Part shown: piece after piece, positions 34,662-43,936 of the stretch
How the letters are laid out: each line of letters begins with the position of its first letter
How positions within the stretch are numbered: the first letter of the stretch is position 1
Origin: Myxococcales bacterium
GTDB taxonomy: Bacteria > Myxococcota_A > UBA9042 > JABWCM01 > BTVJ01
DNA length: 64,000 nt
Assembly: GCA_045863395.1 (NCBI GenBank)
Contig: BTVJ01000012.1
Span: 32,001 to 96,000 of the forward strand
Direction of reading: 5' to 3'
Made by a program: the position numbers and the translations under genes
The notes under the pieces: model-generated
Databases searched by the model: none
What the model saw: the letters and a program-made list of their open reading frames with translations, nothing else
What the model was told of the DNA's origin: nothing

Positions 34662-36107
34662 TCAGGTGGGGGGGGCAGCCGGAGGGGAGGCCGGGACGGC
34701 AGTGACGCTCGGGGCCGCTGCCTCCAGCCAGGCGACGAGCCCGACGAGCCCGCCCACTACCCCGTAGAAGACGTGGTTGAGCTTCACGCCCGTGAAGTAG
34801 ACGGGCTCGGTCATGCCTGCCGCAAGCATCGCCATCATCGCCGTGAGGAGCGACGCGAGCGTGACCCTGTTGGTCCGCCCGGCGATGGGCAAGGCCCGCA
34901 TCCCCGCGCGGATCACGCGCCCGAGCAACAACACCACGACCAGGAACCCTTGCACGCCGATGCTCGTGAGGAACTCCAGGTAGATGTTGTGTGGGCTCGC
35001 GTACAGGAAGCCCAGGGTCCGGGACGTGAGCGCCTCCATGTAGTGTGTGTGCGCAAGCCCGAGACCGAACGGGTTTTCGGCGATGATCCCGATCGTGTGC
35101 CGCCAGAGCTCGGTGCGCACATCCTCCAGGCCGCGCTCCTGGTAGCGCTCGACGCTCTGGGTCAGTTGGTCCGCGAACACGGTCGTCAGGAGCAGGTAGG
35201 CGGCGATCAGAGCGGTGAGCAACACGGGGAGGACGCGCCCTCGACCGCGGGCGCCCTGCCCGAGGAGGGCGATCATCAGCAGGAGGGAGAACCCGGTCGC
35301 CAGCAGCCCACCGCGGCTCGCGGTCAGGACGAGGGAGCCCGCCATCGCCACCGCCACCGCGAAGGCGACGAGCGAGACGAGGCGCCGCCGCTCCGTCACA
35401 CCGATGAGCAAGGCGCCCGGCATGAACATGGCGTAGTAGCACGCGAGGTTGTTCGGGTTTCCGAGGGGGCTGGCGTAGCGCCAGTGCAGCATGGGGTCCG
35501 CCTCCGACTTGGGAGGCGTCAAGAACTCCTCCCCGGTCAGCACGAACTGGAAGTGGAGCGCAGCAAAGACGCCCCCGACTCCGATGAACACCCAGAGCAG
35601 GCGCCGGGCGTCCAGCGGAGTGCGGGCGATGGCGATGCCGAGGACGAAGTAGACGAGCGCCTCCAAGTAGGAGCGGCGGAAGCGATCGACGGCCAGGGCG
35701 AAGTCAGCGCTGCCCCACGAGGGCACCATCGCCACGATGCCGATGGCGAAGAGCAGCAGCCACAGGACGCCGTACCGCCCCAGCCGGGGGAATGTGCGGT
35801 CGCGCAGGGCCACCGACGCGAGCACCACCAGCGCGACTGGCTGTGACACGCTGATCCCCACGCCAAGCACCTGGCGATAGGCGATGACGGTGTCTTCGAG
35901 GAGCAGGAACGGCACAAACAGCGCGAAGGCCCGCACGGCGGAGGAGCGGGACATGAACAGCGCCAGGAACGTGAGCGGCACGAACAGCAGGTAGACCGTC
36001 CAGCGGACGCTGGACTGGACCCCGAGGAAGAGAGCGGCCGCAGCGCTGAGCCCCAACGTGAGGGCGACCAGCAGCGGCATCGCCGGGCCGGCGGAGGCAA
36101 CGCGCAT
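34662..36107 (-). CDS. O-antigen ligase/Wzy_C family membrane protein
   Basis: GNPNNLA, LTASRGG, R..LW..GLG, PHNIYLE. Confidence 0.85.
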   Translation of the reverse strand: MRVASAGPAMPLLVALTLGLSAAAALFLGVQSSVRWTVYLLFVPLTFLALFMSRSSAVRAFALFVPFLLLEDTVIAYRQVLGVGISVSQPVALVVLASVALRDRTFPRLGRYGVLWLLLFAIGIVAMVPSWGSADFALAVDRFRRSYLEALVYFVLGIAIARTPLDARRLLWVFIGVGGVFAALHFQFVLTGEEFLTPPKSEADPMLHWRYASPLGNPNNLACYYAMFMPGALLIGVTERRRLVSLVAFAVAVAMAGSLVLTASRGGLLATGFSLLLMIALLGQGARGRGRVLPVLLTALIAAYLLLTTVFADQLTQSVERYQERGLEDVRTELWRHTIGIIAENPFGLGLAHTHYMEALTSRTLGFLYASPHNIYLEFLTSIGVQGFLVVVLLLGRVIRAGMRALPIAGRTNRVTLASLLTAMMAMLAAGMTEPVYFTGVKLNHVFYGVVGGLVGLVAWLEAAAPSVTAVPASPPAAPPT

Positions 36108-36251
36108 CAGGGTGTTCCCGCCGCGCGCGGCGGCGTCGGGTGTTCGCTCATCCGTCCCCGGGGTGGTGCAGCCCGCCCGCTGCGCCCGACACTTGCGAAT
36201 GGTCCCCCGGCGGCGGCGCCGCGGGATTATGGCACATCGGTCCCCGGCCCC

Positions 36252-38372
36252 TCAAGGCGGGAAAGGCGCGTCGAAGCGAAGCCGGAGCCAACCCAACAGT
36301 CGCCGCGCCAGGTCCGGGTGCTCCACCGACAGGTCGGCTCGGTACGCGGGGACGGCCGGGTCCCATGCGTCGGTGCGCAGGAGCTCCTCCGTGCCGAGCT
36401 GGGGTGTGTGAACCATCATCCATTCGCCGTACACGACGCCTACCTGTTCGCGGTCAACCATGAACAGGGGGCGGTCGGGCACCGGCACTGCGTCGACGAG
36501 CGCCGGCGCCAGCGAGATGCCGTCGATGTCCTCCAGCGGCGGGAGGCGGAGCAGGTCAAGGAGGGTCGGAGCAACGTCGACGAGGCCCGCGGTCGCCACC
36601 AGGTCCCGAGGCACGAGCCCTGGCGCACGGATCAGGACCGGGACGCGAGTGAGCCCCGGGTAGATCTGTCGGGCGTGGGTACGGTTGCCACGTTCCCCGA
36701 GGGCCTCGCCGTGGTCTGCGACCAGGACGACAATGGTGTCCCGGTCGAGGCCGCGCACCCGGAGCCCGTCGAGCAGCGCTCCGACCGAACGATCGAGCAG
36801 TCCCACGACCTGGTCGTAACGGCCCACCGCGCCCCCTTCCAGCTCGGCCGCGAGCGTCGCGGGGTCGTCGATGCGGTGCCACTGGTGGGCGTCCATGAAG
36901 TGCACCACCAGCGCAAATGGCCGTGCCACGTCCCTCCCGTCGAGCCACGCAAGCGCGTCCGCGGTCGTCCTGTCCCCAGTGGGGAAGCGGTCGGTGTCGG
37001 TGGGCGTGCGGACGACCTCGTCCACTTGCAGCAGTAGATCCGGGAACACCTTGTCCGCCCGTGCCAGGAGGACCATCGCCGTCTGCCACCCGCCATCGCG
37101 CAGCCGCCCGAGCACCGTCGGTCCCGTCTGTACCTGGCGCAGCGCACCGTGGAACATCGCAGGGACCGCGTATCGAGTCGATGCCGACGCGGACCAGGCG
37201 TCCGTCCAACGGACCGAGCTCGCGGCCAGCGCGCGCATGGCGGGGAACGCGTCCACCCGCGGCCCCAGCACCCGGTCCGCGCGGAGCGCATCCGCAACGA
37301 TGAAGACGAGGTTCGCTCCGCGGAGGCGGCTCCTCAGGTCCTCGACGCCTCCCACATCCCGCACCGGTGGTGCCGCGGGCGGAGGCTCCGGAGGAGCCCC
37401 CGGCACTCCGTCACAGTCCGCGTCGACGCCGCCGGGCACATCCACCCGGAGCGGGTTGCGGGCCGGGTCCAGGTCGTCACAGTCACCTCCGCCCAGCAGC
37501 GGCGAGTAGCCGTCACCGTCCAGATCCCAGGCACTGCGGATGCCCTCCGTCGCGATGGTCGTCACCATGTGGGTGTAGCGCAGATAGAGCCGGACGTCAT
37601 CCCGGTCCGTCCAGCCGCTGGCCGCCGCCCCGGCCGCGCCCAGCGCGACGGCACCAAGTGACAGCGGCCCGACGCGGCGAAGGGCCGGCAGCAGCGCCGC
37701 GTGCAGGGCCCAGAGTGCGCTGGCGGCGGCGAGGAGCACGGCGACGACGTGGAGGTAGAAGTACGCCTCCACCTGCTGGGTGCGCTCCGCGACGAGCAGC
37801 AGGGCCGCCACCGCCAGCCCCACCACGGTGGCCCCGACCGTCGCGGCAGGGTGTCGCGCCTCGATGCGCGGTGCAAGCGCCCGCAGCAGCAGCGACGCGC
37901 CCACGGCCCCGCCCAGCGTCGCGCCGAGGAAGAGCCAGGGGCCGGCATCCGCGACGGACGAGGCGGCGAGCCCCCGCCCCGCGAAGACCTTGCGCCCGAC
38001 GACGTAGACCGCCGGTGTCAGCAGCATGGCGTCGATGACAGCCCGGATGATGCGCACCCGGCGGAGCACTCTGGGCAGCTTCGCCGCCGCGCCCGCCAGG
38101 ACGCGCCCGACGCGGGCCGCCACCAAGTCGCCGAGGCAGAGCATCAGAACCACGACCACCCCGAGGGAGCACCCCAGGAACACGAGCAGCCCCGAAGCCC
38201 CCGCCGCGACCCACGGCAGCACGGCGGGAGCCTCGGCGCCCCCCATTCGCGCGAGATCCGTGATCGCTGCGAGCACCCCGACGAGCCCTCCGGAGGCGAC
38301 CACCGGCAGCGCCGCGCCGGAGGTGCCGCACGTCGCGACTCTGGGCCGGGGTGGCGAGGTGGAAGTGCTCAC
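36252..38372 (-). CDS. Membrane-anchored sulfatase-like (alkaline phosphatase superfamily) hydrolase/transferase
   Basis: N-terminal TM helices, DLDGDG..GGDCDD..DADCDG motif, ADALRAD, HFMDAH, ADHGE; start uncertain (ORF open to 38462). Confidence 0.8.
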   Translation of the reverse strand: MSTSTSPPRPRVATCGTSGAALPVVASGGLVGVLAAITDLARMGGAEAPAVLPWVAAGASGLLVFLGCSLGVVVVLMLCLGDLVAARVGRVLAGAAAKLPRVLRRVRIIRAVIDAMLLTPAVYVVGRKVFAGRGLAASSVADAGPWLFLGATLGGAVGASLLLRALAPRIEARHPAATVGATVVGLAVAALLLVAERTQQVEAYFYLHVVAVLLAAASALWALHAALLPALRRVGPLSLGAVALGAAGAAASGWTDRDDVRLYLRYTHMVTTIATEGIRSAWDLDGDGYSPLLGGGDCDDLDPARNPLRVDVPGGVDADCDGVPGAPPEPPPAAPPVRDVGGVEDLRSRLRGANLVFIVADALRADRVLGPRVDAFPAMRALAASSVRWTDAWSASASTRYAVPAMFHGALRQVQTGPTVLGRLRDGGWQTAMVLLARADKVFPDLLLQVDEVVRTPTDTDRFPTGDRTTADALAWLDGRDVARPFALVVHFMDAHQWHRIDDPATLAAELEGGAVGRYDQVVGLLDRSVGALLDGLRVRGLDRDTIVVLVADHGEALGERGNRTHARQIYPGLTRVPVLIRAPGLVPRDLVATAGLVDVAPTLLDLLRLPPLEDIDGISLAPALVDAVPVPDRPLFMVDREQVGVVYGEWMMVHTPQLGTEELLRTDAWDPAVPAYRADLSVEHPDLARRLLGWLRLRFDAPFPP

Positions 38373-38448
38373 GGGGTCACGCTCTGGATGGGGCTGCCCG
38401 ACGAGGGAGGGTTCGGGCAGAGGCGCGGCGGTCGTCAGAGCCGAGCGT

Positions 38449-39864
38449 TCAGCACGGGCCACCGCAAGAGCCCCCGCAGTCCACGGAGGTCTCGTCGGCG
38501 TCCTTCGTGCCGTTCTGGCAGTGCGGAGGCCAGCACATGTCCCAGGTCGCCGGGTGCCCGTACCGAGGGCCGTTGTCGTTGCCGCACACGAGGCCAGGGG
38601 CGCAGTGGGCGTTGGAGTCGCAGTCGCCCTCTCCCGTCAGACACGGGCACTCGGTGCGGCAGTAGTCGGCTGCGCCCGGTGTCAGCGTGGAGCAGATGCT
38701 GCTCCAGCACATGTCCCAGATGGCAGGTTGCCCAAAGCGAGGCCCATTGTCGGTGCCGCAGACGAGGCCCGGTCCGCACTCCAGATTGCTGTCGCAGTCG
38801 CCCTGACCTTGGAGGCAAGGGCAGTCCTTTCGGCAGTAGTCGGTGGCGTTCGGGACGCGGGTCGCACAGGCCGGCGGCCAGCACATGTCCAGCGTGGCCG
38901 CGAAGCCCCACAGGGCGCCGTTGTCGGTCCCGCAGGTCAGCCCGGGCGCACACTCGGATGCCGTGTCGCAGTCGCCCTGGCCAGTGGTGCACGGGCACGC
39001 CGTGCTGCAGTAGTCGGCTGCTCCGAGGACCTTCGAGGCGCAGGTGCTCGACCAGCACACGTCCGTGGTCTTGGGGAAGCCGAACCGGGCCCCGTTGTCC
39101 GTACCGCAGACGGTGCCACTCACGCACTGGTTGTTGGCGTCGCAATCACCCTGGCCGGACAGGCAGGGGCAAGTCGGGGTGCAGAAGTCCTCGTCGCCGT
39201 TCACGCCGCCGCAAGTGCACGGGCCGCAGCTACCACCGCAGTCGGGGGACGTCTCGTCGCCGTCTTGCGTGCCGTTCTGGCAGTGGGCCGGCCAGCAGAC
39301 GTCCCAATAGTATGCGGGCATCCCAAAGCGGTCCCCGTTGTCGGTGCCGCAGACGAGCCCGGTCGCGCACTGGGCATCGGAATCACAGTCGCCCTGGCCT
39401 GAGCCACACCGGCACGACGACGTGCAGAAGTTCGTGTCACCGTTGGTGCCCGAGCAGGAGCAGGTGCCGCAGCCGCCGCCGCAGTCGACCTGCTGCTCGC
39501 CGCTGTCCAGCAGCCCGTTCTGACAGGTCGCGGGCCAGCAGACGTCCCACCCGGACGGCTGCCCGAACTTGGGCCCGTTGTCCACGCCGCAGACCAGGCC
39601 TTCAGCGCACTGCGCATCGGCGTCGCAGTCGCCCTCGCCTGACGCGCACAAGTTCACGGGATCGTTGCAGTAGTCGGTATCGCCGTTGTTGCCCCCGCTG
39701 CCCTTCATCAGGGAGCCCTCGATCGACTGCTCGTATAGCCCCGAGTCGTCCTGAAGGACGACGGGCTCGGTCTGGTCGCACGCGGACGACGCCAGAACCA
39801 CGAGGCCGAGAGCCAACAGGCTCCCCGATGATGCGGCCGCGCACCAGGACGAAATCTGTTTCAT
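38449..39864 (-). CDS. Cys-rich repeat lipoprotein with six G(E/Q)GDCD..C..G..CG.DNG..D.CW modules
   Basis: Lipobox-like ASSAC; six ~55-aa repeats and three CQNG..D..E...DCGG.CG.C motifs. Confidence 0.85.
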   Translation of the reverse strand: MKQISSWCAAASSGSLLALGLVVLASSACDQTEPVVLQDDSGLYEQSIEGSLMKGSGGNNGDTDYCNDPVNLCASGEGDCDADAQCAEGLVCGVDNGPKFGQPSGWDVCWPATCQNGLLDSGEQQVDCGGGCGTCSCSGTNGDTNFCTSSCRCGSGQGDCDSDAQCATGLVCGTDNGDRFGMPAYYWDVCWPAHCQNGTQDGDETSPDCGGSCGPCTCGGVNGDEDFCTPTCPCLSGQGDCDANNQCVSGTVCGTDNGARFGFPKTTDVCWSSTCASKVLGAADYCSTACPCTTGQGDCDTASECAPGLTCGTDNGALWGFAATLDMCWPPACATRVPNATDYCRKDCPCLQGQGDCDSNLECGPGLVCGTDNGPRFGQPAIWDMCWSSICSTLTPGAADYCRTECPCLTGEGDCDSNAHCAPGLVCGNDNGPRYGHPATWDMCWPPHCQNGTKDADETSVDCGGSCGGPC

Positions 39865-40141
39865 CTCGGGCAGTCTCCCTTCCGTCGCTGTTGGGTCTCC
39901 ACGGGCACTTCAGGCCCGGCCAGGCCGCCGATTATCCACCAACGAGCACTGCGCAGCGCCCGTCACGGCGAACCTCACGGCGCGGCGACACATGACGCAC
40001 GCGCCGATCCGTTGCCCAAGGGTTGCGCCAAGGGGGCGCCTTCTGTCAAGGGCTGCGCGCCAAGACCACGCCCTGGCGCCGAGTTCGCGTGCAGACCGAC
40101 CGGCGGGTCCCCGGAACGTCCTGACTACGATGCGGGCTTGT

Positions 40142-40170
40142 TTGCCCGTGCGCGATCACGCCACTATCAT
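40142..40170 (+). promoter_or_regulatory. sigma70-type promoter
   Basis: TTGCCC-N17-TATCAT. Confidence 0.45.
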
Positions 40171-40275
40171 GGGTGCCCCAGGCCCGATGGGGCTGCGATC
40201 CCCTGGACCATCGATCGGACACGAGCGGCGCCGAATGCACGTGCGGCCCATCCTGCCCCGTTCCGCGGCCGCCTG

Positions 40276-41586
40276 ATGCAGGCGCCCAACCGGACCTTTG
40301 CCCTCGCGCTGGCGGGAGCGGCCGTGGGGTTCATCCTCCTGAACCACACCCACGCCGCTCAGCAGACCATCCACCACCGCTACACGCTGCCTCTGGCCGA
40401 GTCTCTGCTCAGCGGCAACGGGTACACGCTGCACGGCGAGCCGGCCTTCTACCCGATCTGGGGGTATCCGGCGCTCGTCGCCGTTGGAGTGGCCCTCGGG
40501 TCCGTCGACCTGTGGCTGCTGGTCGTCCAGGCAACGGCGGCCGTAGCGGGTGTGTTCGCGGCGCTGCGCCTGGCCCGCGTCGCGCCGCGCCTGTACCACA
40601 TCGCCCTCGCGCTGCCGTTCCTGGCCCTCCTGTCGGTGCGGTGGGCCGACGGGCTCGTCGCCACCGGGCTCGTCATGCACCTGGCGTCCCTCGCCGAGCA
40701 CCTGCGGACGGGCCGACGCGCTCCCCTGCTTGCCGCGGGTCTCGCCCTGGGCCTGGTCGGCAACCTGCGGACCGAGTACCTCTACCTGCCGCTCGCGGAG
40801 GTCGCGGCGGCCGCCCTGCCCCACCTGCGCGGGCTCCGCCGCCGGACCGTCACCGCAGTTGCCCTGAGCGGCGCCATGTCGCTCGCCCTGCTCCTGCCCT
40901 GGGCGCTGCGCGCAGCGGCCCACGGGGAGGGGCTGCGCTTCGACGCGACGAATGGCGGCTGCGTGCTGTACATCTCACTCGGCCAGCTCCCCGACAATCC
41001 GTGGGGCATCGAGCCCGCCGACATCGTCGCCGAGCGCCGCGCCAGGGCGCTCGGAGCGCCGGGCTTCGCGTCACCCGAGGGCGACCGCCTGCTGCGCCGC
41101 GAGTTCGCCCAGGCCGTCAGGGAGCACCCGGAGGCGTTCGCCCGGAAGGTGGCATACAACGTGTGGTCAGCGGTCACCGGCGGAACGTACGTCGGCGAGC
41201 TGCGGACGCTTGCGTCGTCGCCCGAGCGCGTCCAGGCTCTGACCCGGCTCGCCGCGAGCGAAGGCCGCGCCGCCGCGCTCGCCACGATGACCACGGCCGA
41301 GGCGGTGGCGGCGGGCGTGCAGTCGGTGCTGGCCCTCGCGTCAGCGGCGATCATCGTCGCCCTGCTGTTGCTCGGAGCCTGGGCGCTCGTCTCCGGCACC
41401 GCCCCCCCGCTGGCACCGGACGGCCCCGCCGTGGCCCTCTGCGCCGCCGTGGTGGCCTACAAGCTCGCCATCATGGGGGTGGCGCAGGCCAGCCCCCGCC
41501 ACATGAGCGCCGTGTACCTGCCGCTGCTCGCCGTCGGCCTCGCGGCGCTGCCGTGCCTCGTCGCGCGCCTGCGTGGCCGATCCTGA
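40276..41586 (+). CDS. Polytopic membrane protein, GT-C glycosyltransferase-like
   Basis: Y..LAESLLSGNGY, GYPALVA, NGG..LY..G, PRH; many TM helices. Confidence 0.55.
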   Translation: MQAPNRTFALALAGAAVGFILLNHTHAAQQTIHHRYTLPLAESLLSGNGYTLHGEPAFYPIWGYPALVAVGVALGSVDLWLLVVQATAAVAGVFAALRLARVAPRLYHIALALPFLALLSVRWADGLVATGLVMHLASLAEHLRTGRRAPLLAAGLALGLVGNLRTEYLYLPLAEVAAAALPHLRGLRRRTVTAVALSGAMSLALLLPWALRAAAHGEGLRFDATNGGCVLYISLGQLPDNPWGIEPADIVAERRARALGAPGFASPEGDRLLRREFAQAVREHPEAFARKVAYNVWSAVTGGTYVGELRTLASSPERVQALTRLAASEGRAAALATMTTAEAVAAGVQSVLALASAAIIVALLLLGAWALVSGTAPPLAPDGPAVALCAAVVAYKLAIMGVAQASPRHMSAVYLPLLAVGLAALPCLVARLRGRS

Positions 41587-41647
41587 CGACGTGGAGGTGC
41601 CCCGTGGCAGGCGTCGAGGGATCCCCTGACGGCGCGTGGAGCGGCGG

Positions 41648-43084
41648 TCAGAGGGAGTGGCCCGGCGCCCACGTGACGTGGGAGGAGCCTGGGAGGTGGA
41701 CGCCGAGGTCGATGCGCGCGACTGGACCCGCCGCCAGATCGCGGGCGTCGAGGACGACCACCTCCGTCGTCCCGCGGGCCGCGTCCTCCACCCACGAGAG
41801 GACCCAGCCGTCGTCCTCCTCGTCGCCGCGGGGCGCGAAGACCGGCTGGGACACGAAGGCGCTGGTGCCGGCCTCCCACCGGGTCGCTGCGCCGGTCTCG
41901 ACATCGACCTTCAAGAGGGCCCCGAACCAGGGGAAGGCGTTGGGGTCCGGCGCGTCGCGGCCCGCGGCCGGCGCAGCCAGCCACACGTAGCGGTAGGGTC
42001 GTCCGAAGCGGTCCGGCCTCACCTCCGGCAGCTCGCCCGCCTCGCCCGACAGGGCCACGTGCTCGACGACCCTGGCCTGCTCCGGGTCCACGACGAGACG
42101 CAGGAGCCGCGGGGGCGGTGTGGTCCCACGCCGGCCCAAGGCCCCCACGCCGGACCCGAACTGGCCGAAGTCGGGCACGCCCGCGTAGCCGATGAGGTCC
42201 ACGATCACCCGGGCGCCGTCATCCCGAGCATTGAGCAGGTGGAAGGCGGCCAGGATCCCACCGGGGATTGGCACACGCGCGCTGCGCGCCCCATCGGGCC
42301 GCGACACCAGCACCAGGTCGGCGGTCCCGGCAGGTGGCCACGCGAAGCAGTCGAAGAGGGTCCGACCGCCCCACAGCGCCTGGCCGAACCGGAGCCGCGC
42401 GGCGGCCTGCGTGGCGACGTACCAGCGAGCGGTGAACGCCTGGTCGTGCACCACCGCCGCGGGGCTCGCGAGGGTGTGGGGCGCCGCCTCCGACACGACG
42501 CGGAATGCCTCGTCCGCCTCGAAGAAGGTGATGCGGTCCGGCTTGGCCCCACCGGGCTCGACGACCCAGCCGACCAGACGCCCACTCTCTGGATCGACGC
42601 GGGGCATGGGGCCAATCAGGCGTTCGCCCCGGTGCAGCCCCCCGAAGGCCTCGGGCCCCCGGGTCTCCAGCGTGCGGGGGTCGACCACATGGTGCCCCTT
42701 GTCGTTGCTGGCCACCACGCGCCCCCCATGGACGTAGACGTCATGGTTGCCGTTGTCGCCCTTGGGCAGCTTGAAGACGTTGGCCCAGCGGCTCGGGATG
42801 TTGGTGAACACGCGCCGGTGGAGGATGCGCCCGGCGGCCTCCTCAGCGACCAGCTCGGGCGTGCGGACGAAGCGGCTGCGAAAGCGTGCGCGACCGTCCT
42901 CGAAGCACAGCCCAGCCACCAGAGCGTGCCCGTCGAGGAAGTGCAGGCGATCCATGCCCGACTCGAAGCGCCCGGGCCCATTGCGGAGGAGGGTCCCACG
43001 GAGCGCTGCGGGGATCGTGCCCTCCAGGCGCGGGGCGTCCACCTGGTGCTCCTGTGTCTGGGAGCGAAACGGAACGTCAAACAT
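41648..43084 (-). CDS. Carotenoid cleavage oxygenase (RPE65) family protein
   Basis: LEGTIP..LRGTLLRNGPG, HFLDG, VHDQAFT, FHLLNA, ELP, QPVFAP, DDGWVL, SHVTW. Confidence 0.9.
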   Translation of the reverse strand: MFDVPFRSQTQEHQVDAPRLEGTIPAALRGTLLRNGPGRFESGMDRLHFLDGHALVAGLCFEDGRARFRSRFVRTPELVAEEAAGRILHRRVFTNIPSRWANVFKLPKGDNGNHDVYVHGGRVVASNDKGHHVVDPRTLETRGPEAFGGLHRGERLIGPMPRVDPESGRLVGWVVEPGGAKPDRITFFEADEAFRVVSEAAPHTLASPAAVVHDQAFTARWYVATQAAARLRFGQALWGGRTLFDCFAWPPAGTADLVLVSRPDGARSARVPIPGGILAAFHLLNARDDGARVIVDLIGYAGVPDFGQFGSGVGALGRRGTTPPPRLLRLVVDPEQARVVEHVALSGEAGELPEVRPDRFGRPYRYVWLAAPAAGRDAPDPNAFPWFGALLKVDVETGAATRWEAGTSAFVSQPVFAPRGDEEDDGWVLSWVEDAARGTTEVVVLDARDLAAGPVARIDLGVHLPGSSHVTWAPGHSL

Positions 43085-43105
43085 GAGCCACCCGTGAGGA
43101 GCGCG

Positions 43106-43726
43106 TCAGAAGGAGGACCCAGGCTGGGTCAGGAACTCCGCCTCCTCGGGGGTGGTATCTCGCGCCAGAACCCGGTTCCTGTGAGGGAAGCGCCCGAAGC
43201 GGGCGACGATGTCCCTGTGCTGGACTGCATACCCCAGGGAGTACTCCACGGTCGCCCGCGCCCCGTCATCCGCCTCGGCCAGCAGCGCCTGGAACAGCGC
43301 CACACACCGCTCCTGGTCGGCCAGCGCCTCGCTGTGCATGAAGGGCATGAAGAGGAACATGCGCTCGTGGGTGCGCAGCGCGCGGTCGAAGCCCCGCGCG
43401 AGGCCGTCCCGCGCCACGGCCAGCGCCGCCTCATCCGTGGCAAACATCCTTGGGGTGTCGCGAAACATGTTGCGGCTGAGCTGATCGAGCACGATCACGG
43501 CTGCCAGGCACCCGCGCGCAGACTCCTGCCAGCCGGCCCGCTCCCCAGCGACCACGGCCGCGTGCAGCGCGCCGAAGCGGTCGCGGAGCTCGGCGTCGAA
43601 CGCCGGATCCTTGGTGAACCAGCGCCGCGAGTGCTCCGCGTCGGCGAGGCCGGAGGCGTTCAGGTCACCGAACCAGAAGGCGAGGATCAGCTCGGGGTCG
43701 CTCGCTGCGGCGTCGGGGCGGCTCAT
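43106..43726 (-). CDS. DUF924 family protein
   Basis: ILAFWF, DQLSRNMFR, MPFMHSE, RFGRFPHRN. Confidence 0.92.
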   Translation of the reverse strand: MSRPDAAASDPELILAFWFGDLNASGLADAEHSRRWFTKDPAFDAELRDRFGALHAAVVAGERAGWQESARGCLAAVIVLDQLSRNMFRDTPRMFATDEAALAVARDGLARGFDRALRTHERMFLFMPFMHSEALADQERCVALFQALLAEADDGARATVEYSLGYAVQHRDIVARFGRFPHRNRVLARDTTPEEAEFLTQPGSSF

Positions 43727-43936
43727 GGACTCCTCCGCGGTGTGGTGCGGGGCGGAGTGTCACACGGGCGGGCCCACGGGTCGCTGGGCGGTCACGCAAG
43801 CAGGCACGAACAATGGACAATCTCGGCGCGCCCCGCTCCCGTCCCGAGCGCCACGGGCGGCGCCATCACTCCCTGATTGACGGGCCGCGCCACGGGTGAT
43901 AGAGGGCGGCCAGGACTCGGCTCGAGGAGAGATCAT

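Noticed and set aside
40012..40066. Four CAAG(GG) direct repeats
   Set aside because: Irregular spacing (12, 18, 14 nt) and too short to support a binding-site call.
40085..40150. GGCAAAC..GGACG on the - strand suggestive of a c-di-GMP-I riboswitch
   Set aside because: Lacks the GAAA tetraloop stem and GACGCAAA elements; the segment is better explained as a -35 box on the + strand.
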